A DNA stretch of 61,881 nt, counting the filler, from Choristocarpus tenellus KU-1152 (lineage: Eukaryota; Protista; Phaeophyceae), in assembly GCA_964200185.2 (NCBI GenBank). It is 9 parts of 9 records of this genome, joined end to end, with 100 filler letters (N's around TTAATTAATTAA, not from the genome) between each part and the next. Parts side by side here need not be neighbours in the genome. Positions count along the whole stretch, not along the records: positions 40,734 to 44,067 come from CAXNAD020020737.1; positions 44,168 to 48,210 come from CAXNAD020016514.1; positions 48,311 to 56,574 come from CAXNAD020004921.1; 6 more parts are not named here. One strand, written 5' to 3'. The number at the start of each line of letters is the position of its first letter. The stretch's first letter is position 1. Below the pieces are notes generated by a model that saw only the letters and a list, made by a program, of their open reading frames with translations, did not search any database and was not told where the DNA came from. Position numbers and translations under genes: made by a program. Shown in pieces: positions 43,621 to 56,674 of the stretch.

Positions 43621-43976
43621 TTGTTGTTTTTAACAGAGTACCTGGCGGTGTGCAGAGGTTTTTTCTGGAGATATATTTTTTTATGTTTTTATTTGTTTTT
43701 GTTTTGTGCGATGGACGAGGCTGTTGGTGTGCAGTGGAGTCCTGTTGTTGACTGTGCCAGGGTGAGGGTGAGGGTGACACTGTTGAATGGGGAAGAGATG
43801 TCGGTTGAGTTGTCACCATTGTTTGTTTCATGTCCTTCACGTTGGGAAGGGAATTTGGGGTAGGAGTTGAATTGTGGAGTGAAGAATGAACTCTCTGTTG
43901 CAGTGTTGAAATACTCCTTGTTGAGTACTGTAGTGCATTTCTTTGTTTTGAGAGGAACGTCGTAACTGTCATTAGA

Positions 43977-44018
<42 letters not shown>

Positions 44019-44399
44019 AAAAGAAACATGTCAGGGGAACCACTATACTCTCGCTGTTTTGTTTTTTNNNNNNNNNNNNNNNNNNNNNNNNNNNNNNNNN
44101 NNNNNNNNNNNTTAATTAATTAANNNNNNNNNNNNNNNNNNNNNNNNNNNNNNNNNNNNNNNNNNNNCGTGCGTTAGCCTGTGAATTGGATTTGACTTGT
44201 ACATCCTGGAAAGGTGAGCATTGAGGGGCGCCTGTAACACTTCAGCCTATACAACCAATGTATAATACTGTGTGCTCTAATGTGGGTAGCTTTATTTTAA
44301 CTTCTGCTAACATTCCTTTCAGTTACTTATGATTTTCATTGCTTTAATCTCTTGTTCTAGCACGTACCAGCTGAACCTCACCTTGTCCCTCAGGCATAC

Positions 44400-45230
44400 A
44401 GTTGTTACCTGCTGGGAGGTTTTCTGGAGGAGGCACTCATCTCTCTCCTGCCGAATTCCTCCATACCTCCATCCTTCAACCATACCCTCCAGTGGGGTGA
44501 CTTTGACTCAAAAACTGGACCTGTCCTACCAGTCTCTTCAGCTTTCACCCTTTCAAAATGTTTGACACTAGTACCTATAGGGAAGAGACGTAACACATCC
44601 TCTCTGGGCAAGAGTTGTTCTTGGGTGGGAACATTAGTTGGGCATGGTCAGGTGTTAGGGTTGTGAAGGTCCTAGAAGGCATGATAAATATCCAACTGTA
44701 GTAGGTTGAAGCTGTCCATTTCTTCTGTTTAGTTACCTAGTCTAACAACTATCCATCTTAGAACTTTCCTTTGTACCACAGTGCCATTTGCTAAGGTCTG
44801 ACAAGGGTACATTGTTACTACTCGATCTAGGTGTTGAAATGTTGACACAAGGTACCCATGGTGGCAGTGGTGATGGTTGGGAGCATTGGCCTTTTCTAAT
44901 GGCAGTTCACTCTAGTGTTGTCTACAAAATGTTGTACCTAAAAATAATTTCGTATGGCAGCCCCACCATTATCCTAAAAGTCATATTGCGTACTTTTCCT
45001 CTGGGGAAAACGCTATTAGAAGTTTGCATGACCTCAGTACCAGCACAGGTAGAATATTGCACCCTCTGAGGTTTGCTGCTTTTAAGGTACCTTTATCTGT
45101 CATGTTGAGCTGTGGTAAGCAATATTCAAAAAATAGATGAGACCTGCACCTGTGTCAAGGAGTACCTGGACAAGCATTCTCGAGTGGACTCTATGTGGGT
45201 GACATGGCAGGGCATATATATTGATACTTG
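44400..45230 (-). mobile_element. Degenerate Ty3/Gypsy integrase C-terminus with a Tudor-like tail
   Basis: GPVFESKSPHWRVWLKDGGMEEFGRREM (cf. WRVxYxDGDxEE), with a decayed upstream reading frame. Confidence 0.35.
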
Positions 45231-45812
45231 ACTAGTACAATGGTCAGTGTCATGGCGAATATTATCGAGGTGGGAATGAAAGTCTTGTCTATAGTTGGAA
45301 TGACATGGATTGCTGGGGCTTCAAACTCCATGGCGCAACTTCAAGACGACTCTGCAACGTCCGAAACGGCTGGGCTTCTCGCGGATAGTGGAGAAAGTTT
45401 CGAGTATTGCATCGCTGCTAGGTATCGGAGATTCGTTTCTATTATGGCTACCATCGTACGAGAGACTGCAGTAGATTGAGTACCACCAGGAGGTCCTCGG
45501 TGGGTCCCTCTGGGAACTAACGGGTGGCATTACGTATACCGGCACTCGTCAGTTATAGACATGAAGCCTGTGCAATATAGGCTGATAGTCTATATGATTT
45601 ATACGTGTTTAGTGAATACTAACAGACAACAGGAACATTGGCTAAGTGGAGTAAGTGTCATTGACTTGTGTTCGTGTGAGTAAAGTAATTAGGTCGAATC
45701 TCAGATGATCGTTTTCTTATTACTTTATATAAATGGACTGATGGAGGAGTTCTGATATAGTACTAGTTACACAGGTTAGTGACATAGTACGATGTAACGG
45801 CAGGATACGTTT

Positions 45813-45862
45813 TGATGAGTCAGCTGATAGTCAGCTGACTCATCAGCTGACTCATCAGCTGA
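45813..45862. repeat. Palindrome plus tandem TCAGCTGACTCA repeats
   Basis: TGATGAGTCAGCTGA-tag-TCAGCTGACTCATCA (15-bp perfect arms), followed by a further unit. Confidence 0.85.
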
Positions 45863-46174
45863 TATATGTAATAAACAATAAGATAATAAGAGAGAGCACC
45901 CCCCACCACCGAGGGCTATGCTCACTCCGCTAATAAACATATCCATACCACACAACCACACAACATATCCATACCACACAAAGCAAAATACTCTACTTGA
46001 GTAGTTCTCTTTTGCATAAAACCGTCTTGACTACGGGCATGATGAAAGCAATCTTGGTGCGCCTTTAGCCATATGTCGACTTCGTCTTGTGGAGGTAGAA
46101 GATGGAGGTAAGCCTTTGCCCAAATCGTGCCGACTTCTATCGTTAGTCCTGTCTGTGGCTAAAGCAGGTGGGGA

Positions 46175-46941
46175 GTGACGGCTGGGATTCCTGGAGCCAA
46201 AAAAACGATAGGACAATCATTCGATATGATGGTGCTATCCAGAAACTTAGGAATGACCCCACATACAGACAGCTGGAGTACCACATCAAGGACTCCGTCG
46301 GGAACTATTACACCGAGAAAGGGGCCTATGTCCTTGTCGATGGGGGCTACTGCAAGGTGACAAGAAAAACGTGACTGTACGGCCATGCCTATGTTAGTGT
46401 TTGCTCCTTTGAAAAAGAGTGCTCATCAACTAGCAAGTCAACATTCCTTTGCCTAACCCAATCTTTGCATTTGCAGTGGAGGTGCACAATATGCCCCAGG
46501 AGGGCATCTGTCACACAGGCACAGGCAAGGTGGAGCGAAAGAGTGGAGAGTGTACGGCAAGGATGTCGAGTGCTTTATTGGCAGAATCAAGGGACGCTTC
46601 AGAATCCTCAAGCTGCCCCTACTATATTCGGAAAGGAAGATGATAGATAACATATTTTTCACTTGCTGCATATTGCAAAATATGCTTCATTCATATGTGG
46701 CCTTGGAGAGTTGGAGAGCAACACTAATTGGACAGGGGATGCTGGTCTGCATGATGCCTTCCACAGTGACCCTTACACTGATATCACACGGATGGGTATG
46801 TCAAGGGACCAGGGGGGAGGGGGATCTGAAGAGTATGTGAAGAGGGAGGTGGGATTTGTTGAGCTTAGGAATAGGCTCATAGCACACTATAAGTACAAGG
46901 AAGAAAACGGAGACGTTTTTTGTTTGTTTATGAGGTCCTGA
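46175..46941 (+). pseudogene. PIF/Harbinger DDE transposase remnant (intron ~46358-46476; frameshifts)
   Basis: PGAKNDRTI...YVLVDGGYCK|WRC...WSERVESVRKDVECFIGRIKGRFRILK...FFTCCILQNML, the DDE_Tnp_4-type signature. Confidence 0.88.
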
Positions 46942-47553
46942 TATGATGGGATCTTCCTTGTCAAACAGTGCTTTGCATTTTGTGCTATTGACACTTTATG
47001 TGATAGTGAATGGTACAATTGGTATTTTACTTCTGTAAATCACATACAAGAAGAGGTAGGAAGACGTAATACAGGACAAAGAGTCATTCGTCAGCACAAT
47101 GTAGAGAGTGATTGAGAGTCAACAACAATCAAAAGGAAGAATTAATTGCCACTGGTTGTTGACGATGTATTTAGGTAGAGATCCTCCTCATGGACAAGAG
47201 CAACTCACTTCGTTCTGAGTAGTGCATAATATTATACCCTAACCAAGCTTCTGAAGAGCGCTGGGATCACTATCGTTACTTTAACTTTGCTCGAGGTCAT
47301 GATACAAGGTCAGGGTTGACAGTTTTGTTTAGGTATGCATCAGAAGCTCAAGATAAGAGGACTTGAGACAAAAATAAATTCCATCAATACAAATGACCTC
47401 AAATTTAAACAAATATTTGCCAATGCCGTCCAGTGTGATCATAGTACACTTACGTGCATGGCACTGCCGTGAAAGCCTACTGAGCACCGCACTGACAGCT
47501 GTGTTACCGCAACTGATTCCCCAAGTCTATCCCCCCACTACCGTTGCCTGTCC

Positions 47554-48200
47554 TCAAAGCTCGTAAGTCAACCCCCCCTTCGCCACTGCTTGTTCCCAAA
47601 GCCCGTAAGTCAACCTCCCCTTCACCACTGTCCCACCACTTCCCAACATCACCCCAGCACCACTGATATTCTCGTCCAGCCTCACTGCCACCGGTTCCTT
47701 ATACCGTTTCCTACAGAACTCTGCCCGAACAGTATAACCAATCTTCTCAAAAGTCTGCCAAGCTTGCTTAGCGGTCTTAAGCATTCCGTCAAATTTTCGC
47801 CTACCTTCGATCCTTTTCTTCCTATATTCCGTAGCAGTAGCATTTTCTTCCATGATTTATGTATGTCTCCTCAAGTCTCTAGACGCATCATCCAATTATG
47901 GATATGAGGGCACGAGTAATGTGATCGTCCATCCTACTTTTTTACCTTGACTCTGCTTCAAACTTCAAGTCCTCGTCAGCAGCCCTTCATAACTGCTGTC
48001 GACTCCTCGATCCTGGGTTTGCTGCTAGCCTGAACCTCCTCATTGCCTCCACACCCTCCCTTGAAGAGGACTCCACTGACCCCCCATCCTGCTGAAGTCA
48101 CAGGATGTGGACCCTTCTTGTGGGGGTCCCTCACTCATACTCATGTCAAAGTCTTGGACCACATCACTGGACGGGGGTCCATGCACTGCAAACAGGAGAA
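47554..48200 (-). pseudogene. Unknown ORF convergent with the Harbinger transposase (possibly the element's second ORF)
   Basis: 99-aa basic ORF (EYRKKRIEGRRKFDGMLKTAKQAW) in the arrangement typical of two-gene Harbingers. Confidence 0.3.
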
Positions 48201-49750
48201 GATATGGAGGNNNNNNNNNNNNNNNNNNNNNNNNNNNNNNNNNNNNNNNNNNNNTTAATTAATTAANNNNNNNNNNNNNNNNNNNNNNNNNNNNNNNNNN
48301 NNNNNNNNNNGTGCAGTGCACCAATCAACAGTCAGTACAAGCTGGTAGATGTGTATCATATCAACAAGAAACAAATGAGTAGCCTATGTTTTAAAATAAT
48401 GTACCCACATCATGTACACTACAAAATGTGGGTGTAACACCATCTAATTATATTCCTAGGTCTTATTCCATATCTTATTCCTTCCACGATTGACACTAAG
48501 ATTTCACACACATTTTTTTTGCTCAAGAACATTGACACAACCAATCCCACCCAAGGATCACACACACTAATGCACCATTCTATAAATTTTTCTAGAACAC
48601 ACTTTCGCACACACACACCCTGCACAAAACTCAACCCTCCATATCGTTATTTCCCATACTCTTCCATGCCATATTTATATATACAAATGTTCAAAATTTA
48701 TTGGCTACTACCGCCTTATCAACACCTACACGGACCCGATTCGAACACGACAACCCATCTACATCGACACAAATTTCCTCCAATAATTGGGTTTTGGTTC
48801 ATAAAGGCTTCTTTAGAATATTCCTTCAACTTGACTACCACATGCACTACTCTCCTCTTTTCCTTCCATTTTCTGGGGGGTGATTATATCACCCCCACAA
48901 ACATTGGTAGTGTCACACCTTTCTACCGAGTGCTGCTCCTAGACCATGTTGTATGACACAATCGTTCGATCACCAGCACCACTAATTTGAACACATTCTT
49001 TGGTCTCAGCATGGGTACAAGCAAGTCCATCAAAAAGAATGTACATTTCAATCTGACATTTTCCACTTGCAATATATTCAACACTCTAGTGGTGTATCCA
49101 CACATTTTGATGATCTTCACCATACTCCCCTATTTCACACACCATATTTATTATATATTTGAACTGTTCAAAATTACTCGGTTAATTGTCGTCCCACCAC
49201 CAGTTCCTCAGTTCACATATTCAATCTCCATGAAAAGGCTAATGGGGACACAAGTTCCCCGCTTAGCAATTGAACTCAGGTAGAATCACCACATTCCGTC
49301 TTTCTTCGTTCAGATCACCATACTCTTTAATCTTCAGACCCCATCCATGTTTGTCTCTCTGTAGACGTCGATCACATTGTCCACCTCTCCTCAACCGCCA
49401 ACAACGATAATGTTGACCTTCACCCCCACCAGTTGGACATAGACTTCAACAATATCACGTAGACATCTTACAAATGGTTGATTCCATCCTAAAAGAGCGA
49501 TATATACGGGCGATTTCGAACCTCCAGTATGTGGTCTATACATTTCGTGGATTTAGAATGCAGTTCATTTCAAGAATACTTTCTAGAGTATGACCTTGAT
49601 AATCAACACATTTGTTTCAATCAGCATGTTACTGAACCCGCTCTTTTATATATTTTCTTTGCGTTTGTTGCAACCCTTATTTGCACCCTTGACAATATCA
49701 ATGGACTGAACCTGGATCTCCTTGAAGATTATTTGGGAAGAAGACTGTAG

Positions 49751-52700
49751 AAATCGTTTCGACAGACCTGAACGCAAGAAGCACTATCCTCCTTTCAAAC
49801 TCTGGTATCCTCTCACAGGACTTCAATGCAAACCTACTGGACCTTGAAAGAGTTGAGTCCATGCTCAAGAAGCTGGACAAGGATCCAGAAGAGTCAGCAG
49901 ACAAGCTCGCAGCAATTCTGAGTGGTCAGCCTTTCTCACTGTGCTCCCGTTGGAAGACGGAGGAGGACTTCAACGTGTCCATGAGGGAAGGCCAGATTCC
50001 TGATAACCTTCCCGTTCATGACCTCTTCTACCAGTACATCAGCAACGGCTCCCTCAAGATATACAAGAACGGCAAGGGAAGGGATCTGGCTGATGAGACC
50101 TACATATACTACTGCCTTAATGGGCAACATAGGCTGTTACTCCTCAGGGTCATAATGTGCATTGCCAGGCAGATACATCTCCCCTGTAAAATCCGGGTCC
50201 CTGAGTACATGAAGGTTCAATGGGCCTCTAAAGTCATGAGGATCCTATGGAGATGCCAAAAAAGGCAATTCATGTGGCTAATTTTCCCACAATGCACGAG
50301 AGAGGAGGCGGAGTCGATTTCCATCGTAGAAGATTTGATGTCGAGCAAAACTAATTCAAACGTCCCGAATGTACTCCACATCTTCAAGAGGATGGTTTTG
50401 TGGGTGCGAGTAATGAAAGAATACCGTAAGGATTTTTGTTGCGACCGACCATACCCCTACCTGCCGCAAGACAAGTACAAGGGCGAAAGGGAAAAGCGTG
50501 GTAAGAAGCTGGTTAAGCAATGCAACCAGTACAGCCTGGGAGGCCATCAACTTCCAAGACGATAGAGCTACATTCGACGGAGCGGTCAGGAGAAGGGTTG
50601 CCGCAAAGGTAATGGCGTTCCTCAAAGAGGCCTGGGAAGATATATTCCTTGAGAGTACCATCGTCAAAGTCGGGGACAGCACGGCCTACGAATTGTACAA
50701 TTCTGTGGCGACACTGGTCCAGATATGTGCAGGCGAAGGTAAAATATCGAGGATTGTTCCTCATGGAAGTGTGTCCTGAAATGATTTGGTATGGTGTCGT
50801 TCTCAGTATCTTCGTGGGTCTAAGCAACCGCTGCAATGACGACTAACACTCTTTCTTCTTTCGATGACCACAATTCACTTCCACCCAGAGACGGACGAGT
50901 TCGAGAACATTCTACTTGGCGCGTGGAAAGAGCACAAGAAGAGCGATGGTACTACTGTGAGTGTATTGGCGCCCTGTTTAGACTTGGCCGTTCATTATCA
51001 CCAATTGAAGAAGGGGTTTGACAACACCGCACAGACGCCGAATTCAGATATCTAGATGGAAGACGTAGACTTGGTACCTTAGTACCACGCTGTAGACACT
51101 GTCGTACGCCATGATGCTAGATATGGAATGAGTCTAGTGGCAGTTACACGTTTTGCCACAACTCCTATCTCGCAACCTCCTCTCTTTTGGATCCTCTATA
51201 CGTCCCTACGTAGAAAAAGCTCGACTCCAGGGCGGTACACTTGTTCACCTTTCTTTGGAACGTCAACCAACACGTGGCGATCGACTGCCTCAAGAAAAGT
51301 GGGGGTTTCACCCATAACTACAGAATGCAGGTGGGTTCCACGTCCGTATTGCATTAGGCACCTGTTTGGATGAGTCTTGCGTTTTTCCGCTGGGTGACAA
51401 CAATCGTAGATCGCAATTTGTTAATCCGTTTGTAAATCCATGTACTTGCACAGATTTGAATGCTGTATGTTCATCTTTCCACGTGTGTAGCTCCTCAAGG
51501 AGATCAGAATGCAATACTTTGCCAGGATGTGCACAGATGTCTTGGCTGGAGAAGGCCTTTCTCTCCTTCAAGGAGACACTCCTCAAAACCACACCTGGAA
51601 AGACATCGTAGAAGTGGCTGCACATATCTTCTCAGAGGAGGCAGCTACCACACTCACATCCGACATGCTCTCACTCTCGTACGTCTATGGGTCGGAGACC
51701 TTCCCAGAGGCATGGGTAAGCCCCGCCTTTGGTTTAAACTGTTTGATCTCCTGTATAAATGTGTGCATGTAGAACTATTCAGATCGCTTGACATGATACC
51801 ATTCGAAGTTTGTGTATGACCACATGGATACCTGTAACATAAAGGTACCCGTCTGGTCCACTCCCTCTGTACAATTCTCCTTTGCAGTTCTCCAAGATCC
51901 TCCGAGGAGCCAGGAAGAAAAAAAAACCTGACGCTGAAGAAAACAAACCCAAGAGGACGCGAGGCAAGGGGAAGAACAGGACGAAGGACGATAAACAAGA
52001 TCTGCCATTGGACACAGAGAAACTCCGTGTCACATATGCGAAGAGGATGCACCTGAAGTATGTGTTCATCAAGGAGGTTGTCCTTGAGGTTGCAGTGCAG
52101 GTCATGAACCGACTCAAGGAAAAAGATAGGCTCGGAATTGACCCTGATTCAGAAGACTGTATGGATGGAATCACCACTGAGGGGAACCTCAAGGGACCAT
52201 ACATCCTATCAGAAAAGGTACTCGCGGGAGGACGTGGTTTCCCCTCTAGTTTCGCGTTTTTTTTACCGTTTATCATCCACATGAAATACAACTCCTTGGA
52301 CTTCAAAAATCAACCCAACGCTTGAAAATTGGAAGGTGAAGAGGAAACTCGTATTGAAAGATGTGGAGGGGAGTGATTTGTTCCTGAGGATCGTCAAGTT
52401 CTCGAAGGGTGTTACGCTAAACAACAGTGATGAAGATGAAGGCAAGCAACTATAATATCGTCCTTCAGCAAAATATGTAAAGTTTTTGAATTTGTCTGTT
52501 CCACTATCATACGACTGATACGCACGGTGCAGAGTACCTGTTGCAGCCTCTAAATTTTCTTCATTATCTCAAATGGTTTCATTTCCTGCATCACGGAGGC
52601 TACCACACACCGGCGTTTCCTTATGTTTAGGTGCCTCTCCAAGTGTGGAAAAATGAATTCTGATCTCAACACAACTGCATTTCGATTTTGTTGCATCCAC

Positions 52701-54249
52701 GGACACTGCCCAGACTCTTTCGCGTGATCCTGCCCTTAAACTTGTTAATTGTACGCTTATATCTCTTATATACCTCTGATGTACAAGACCTAGGTTCCTG
52801 CTTGCTCTATCGGTCGTTGTTCTTGTCTTTATCATATCTTCAATTAGTACAATTTCTGTATTTTTATATAGCTTGGGGTTTTTTATTACAACTGTTACTT
52901 TTACCTTCATCTTGTTAGTTGTAATCCTCATTTCACCAAAATACTTTTGTAACTGTTGCTGAATCTGGTACCAACTCCGTACATCGAATGAATAAATAAG
53001 ATGTCGCTGTTATTGTTGTGTCATTTTCAAAGAAGGATATATTTGTGTATTCATAGATGTTGAGAATATGACCAAGGTGGGTTGTAGACTAATATGGTCA
53101 ATTGAAGACCTGACTCTATGTTTTTTTTCTGTTGGTCACTAACATGGGTCACTCCACGAATGCATTAAAACACTGCTTTCTCAACTCTCTAAATCTCGGA
53201 ATATCTCATTCATGTATTGATTCTTCTACTAAGTCCTATGTAAGATGTTCTTTCTAGAAATATATAGCACATCAACAAAAAAGACAAGGGCAGTCAAATA
53301 GTAAGCCAATGAGATTTGCTGACCAGCCAATTTGTGCGGGGAAACTCTCATCGTCAGAGTTCCAAACACACATACGAAATGGTCACTATACAGAACCATC
53401 GACGATGATCCTCGATAGCTGTTCAACATTGAATTACTTCGCCCCTTCCCTTGTGCCGACATCCACTGTCCCAGACTCGAGTCGTGTAACATGCATCATG
53501 GTTACACCAGACGGTAACGTTACGACCACGCACAATCTCGACGAGGTCCTAGAGAAAACCCGGATCACACACAGAAACGCCCTCACCAACCTGACGACCC
53601 AGCCGGGAGGCCCGGTGATGATCTATACCATTCTGGGCGATAATCATGATCCAAAGCATGTGGAAGACCTTGCTAAGAAGCTGTCGAAGTTCAACATGTT
53701 TACACCTTCCAAGACATCAGCGGATGGTAGCAAGTCAAGGCCTGGTACTGAAGGACTCGACTCTGAGAGCGAGAAAGGAGAAGAGGACATGACTACAGAT
53801 CTGGTCACAGAAGTAAGTGGGGGCGAAGTTGAGGCGGCAGAAATAAGGGGGGAGCACACAGCTCTGATGACGTGAACAGCTCGGACAGTAGCTGGGCTGG
53901 CGAAGTCTGGGCTGCTGGGGAGGATAAATCATCCAAAGCATTTGACAGTGACAGCTCGCAAATCGTCAGTGACGACTCGTCCAATGATAGCGATGAGAAC
54001 AAGGTGTTAGGCGGGCGAACAGGGAGGATCGAGAACGTCGAGAAGAGAGAGACCTACGTTGGGGGTGGCTTCGCAAGTACGCCATCAGATGACCACTATC
54101 CTCGCCAGAGTAAAAAACCGAGGATAGTTGTGAAGTGGGAGGAAGAAGTAGATGCACCAATGATGAAGACTCCATCAGCACAACGACGGAAATGGAAGGA
54201 GGTGGAGTCAAGTCTTCCGCAAAGAGGGCAAAAAACAACAAAGATTTGA
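49751..54249 (+). pseudogene. Decayed multi-exon unknown gene with an N-terminal ParB/DGQHR-like motif (YYCLNGQHRL) and an acidic C-terminus
   Basis: A 234-aa ORF plus successive coding-like blocks with AG/GT boundaries (about 49751-50738, 50860-51330, 51491-51715, 51888-52217, 53325-54249). Internal stops and frameshifts. Confidence 0.5.
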
Positions 54250-54399
54250 GATGTGAAGAGCCTCCTGCAGAGCTTAGCCTGTCTTTGGTTTGTGAAAAAA
54301 ATTCTGGATCGGGTACTTTTAATGAAAGTACACATAATACTTTCTTCCATTGTATTTTTTTTGGAAGAAACAGTCCCATTCAATACTATTTTGATATTT

Positions 54400-56170
54400 C
54401 TACTCATGAAGATCTAAGTCTGACTTCAGAGTGTTTGTTTCTCTATTTTTTGAAACTTTTCCGATACAACTCAGAAGATATCCTACACACATTTGAAAAA
54501 AAATCGAATCTCTCACAATTTTGTTAGGATCCTTAAAATGCAACTCTGGGTACCTCTCGTTTACTGTCTCCAAAGGTACATATGCACGCTTGGTTGCCCT
54601 TGAGTGGACCAAGGCTTCTTGGTATGGAGAAACATTTACATCGATTTTCTCATCCGTCAATGAGCTGAGTATCACACTCTCGTTCTGAACTTCCTTGTCT
54701 AGCATTTCTTTGAGCATGGAGAAGGAGCGCACATTATCCCTTGCATTCAAATCCTTCGATTGTTGTTGTCCAGGTGATGTGGGCAACCGTCATGCAGGTG
54801 CCGTCCCAGGTGGGCACTCTGCTGGGAGCTGAGAATCTAGAGCGCCCACTAGTAGCATGTCTTTCCCCCTCCCACAAAGTGAAGGGGCGACCAAAATTGA
54901 ACAAGGGAACGGCAACTGAGTGAACATTCAATGATACCAATATTAATCAATACATATATTGCGGTATGCATGCAAAAATCGTTGATAAGGATATTACCAA
55001 CGTACGAGTAGGCCGTGAACTTGTTGTACCTCATATAACACATGTTCTTGAGCCGTTCGGTTTTACAGTAGCTTCCGTATGATCGAATTTTAGGCAATGA
55101 CAAGGGAGATTGTGATAACGGAGGGACAACAAGAAAGCGTGTGATGGATGAGTCCAATTGGGTGTAGTGTTTTGAGGCTTCATCATCAGGAACGTCTTTA
55201 GAGCGTTGTGAGGATCTCTTTTTTCCATTCTGACAGAGATCAGTAATAGAAAGTACATCGAAATTTTGTGTGTGTGATCCCATTTGTCTGCCCCTGCAAT
55301 TGGTTCACATTTCCTCTCTATGATTCTTACCCTTCCATGACAATAGTCCTATCACTGAGCTTACACACATGAGTGAATCGAGCAGGCAAGGAGGTGCTAG
55401 GAAATCCATTCTGGAGGTGACCCAAATTCAAATCAAGGCCTTTGTGAGAATGTCCTCTTGGAGTGCCAGGCCATTCACTATGCATGTTGAGCATGCACTA
55501 AAAAATGGCACCTCACAAGAAGCCCAACTTCTAGAGGTCCAACAAGGGCATAAATTACTTCAAGCTGAAGAGCAGGTGGACTTGCCGCACTGAGCTCATA
55601 TTCCAAGTGAAATGTAGTGTTTTGTCCTATACCTTCCCTAGAAACCCATTTCTTGCATCTACACATACTTACAATACAATAGGACAAGCTGGAGGTCATT
55701 TCGAATACCAAACAGATATTCCACTAGAAGTTCGCTGCCCCTCCTGGAAGTTTTGATTCTCAAAGCGGTGGTCAAAGAGGGGCAGCCAACTTGGGTCCAG
55801 GTTGCTCCCCGCCTGCTCATCAAGAGACATTTGGTCTAAGCAAGTGGGCATATGGTAGGAGTTGAGGACGCAGGTGTCTTGCGAGGAAGAACAAGTAGTG
55901 AGCCACACTAGAAAAAAGGCTTTTTATGAGTGGACATACAACATCACTCTCTCTCAGTCAATATTCCTGTCTATAGGCTGTGTAGTACTCCAGGTACATC
56001 CACCACTCCAGAACGAATGCTAAGGATGAGTATTTTGGCAAGGCTGGTTTTCTGAACATTTTTGTTGTTGTTGACAAGAAAGTGTTATCAACACAACAGA
56101 GGAGGAGATTCTAAACGGGCTGAAATTTTTCGACCTGTACAACAATTCCTCCATAGCAGCCACACTTTCA
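54400..56170 (-). pseudogene. Unknown decayed multi-exon gene convergent with the NGQHR gene
   Basis: Coding-like blocks 55908-55696, 55240-55005 and 54920-54400, separated by AT-richer intron-like segments. Confidence 0.3.
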
Positions 56171-56367
56171 ACCTAAAACGATCCCCCCAAGTATCTTTGA
56201 AGTAGTCTGCATATAACCATAAAGCACATCATATCCTCAACCACCCACTCAAGAGGTCTGCTTCTAAGAAAAATGATCGTAGTCATTATTTAACGTTTAT
56301 ATATACACGATGGCTAAACTTGCGCACCCCAAGGTCATGCAAACTTCACCACTCGTAAAAAAACTCT

Positions 56368-56548
56368 GGCTCAAAGCATCTGGGGGGAGGGGGGGGTCTA
56401 TACCAGGGTGTCCATTCGGACCTTGAACAGGAGAAGTGAAATTACATTACCCATCCGATGCATGCAACCAAACCACTCGAAAATCGGGACATGGAAAAGT
56501 GGGCCCCAAACGGACAGCCGCCACCCCCCCCCCCAGATACTATGAGCC
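56368..56548 (+). mobile_element. MITE family 2 copy, TSD CTCT
   Basis: GGCTCAAAGCATCTGG...CCAGATACTATGAGCC flanked by CTCT/CTCT. Confidence 0.88.
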
Positions 56549-56674
56549 CTCTGTGACTGACAGTCACCTCCATGNNNNNNNNNNNNNNNNNNNNNNNNNN
56601 NNNNNNNNNNNNNNNNNNTTAATTAATTAANNNNNNNNNNNNNNNNNNNNNNNNNNNNNNNNNNNNNNNNNNNN

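Noticed and set aside
49280-49360. GWGLKIKEYG on the minus strand as a SET domain start
   Set aside because: No downstream NHSC or ELxxDY motifs, and the frame is full of stops.
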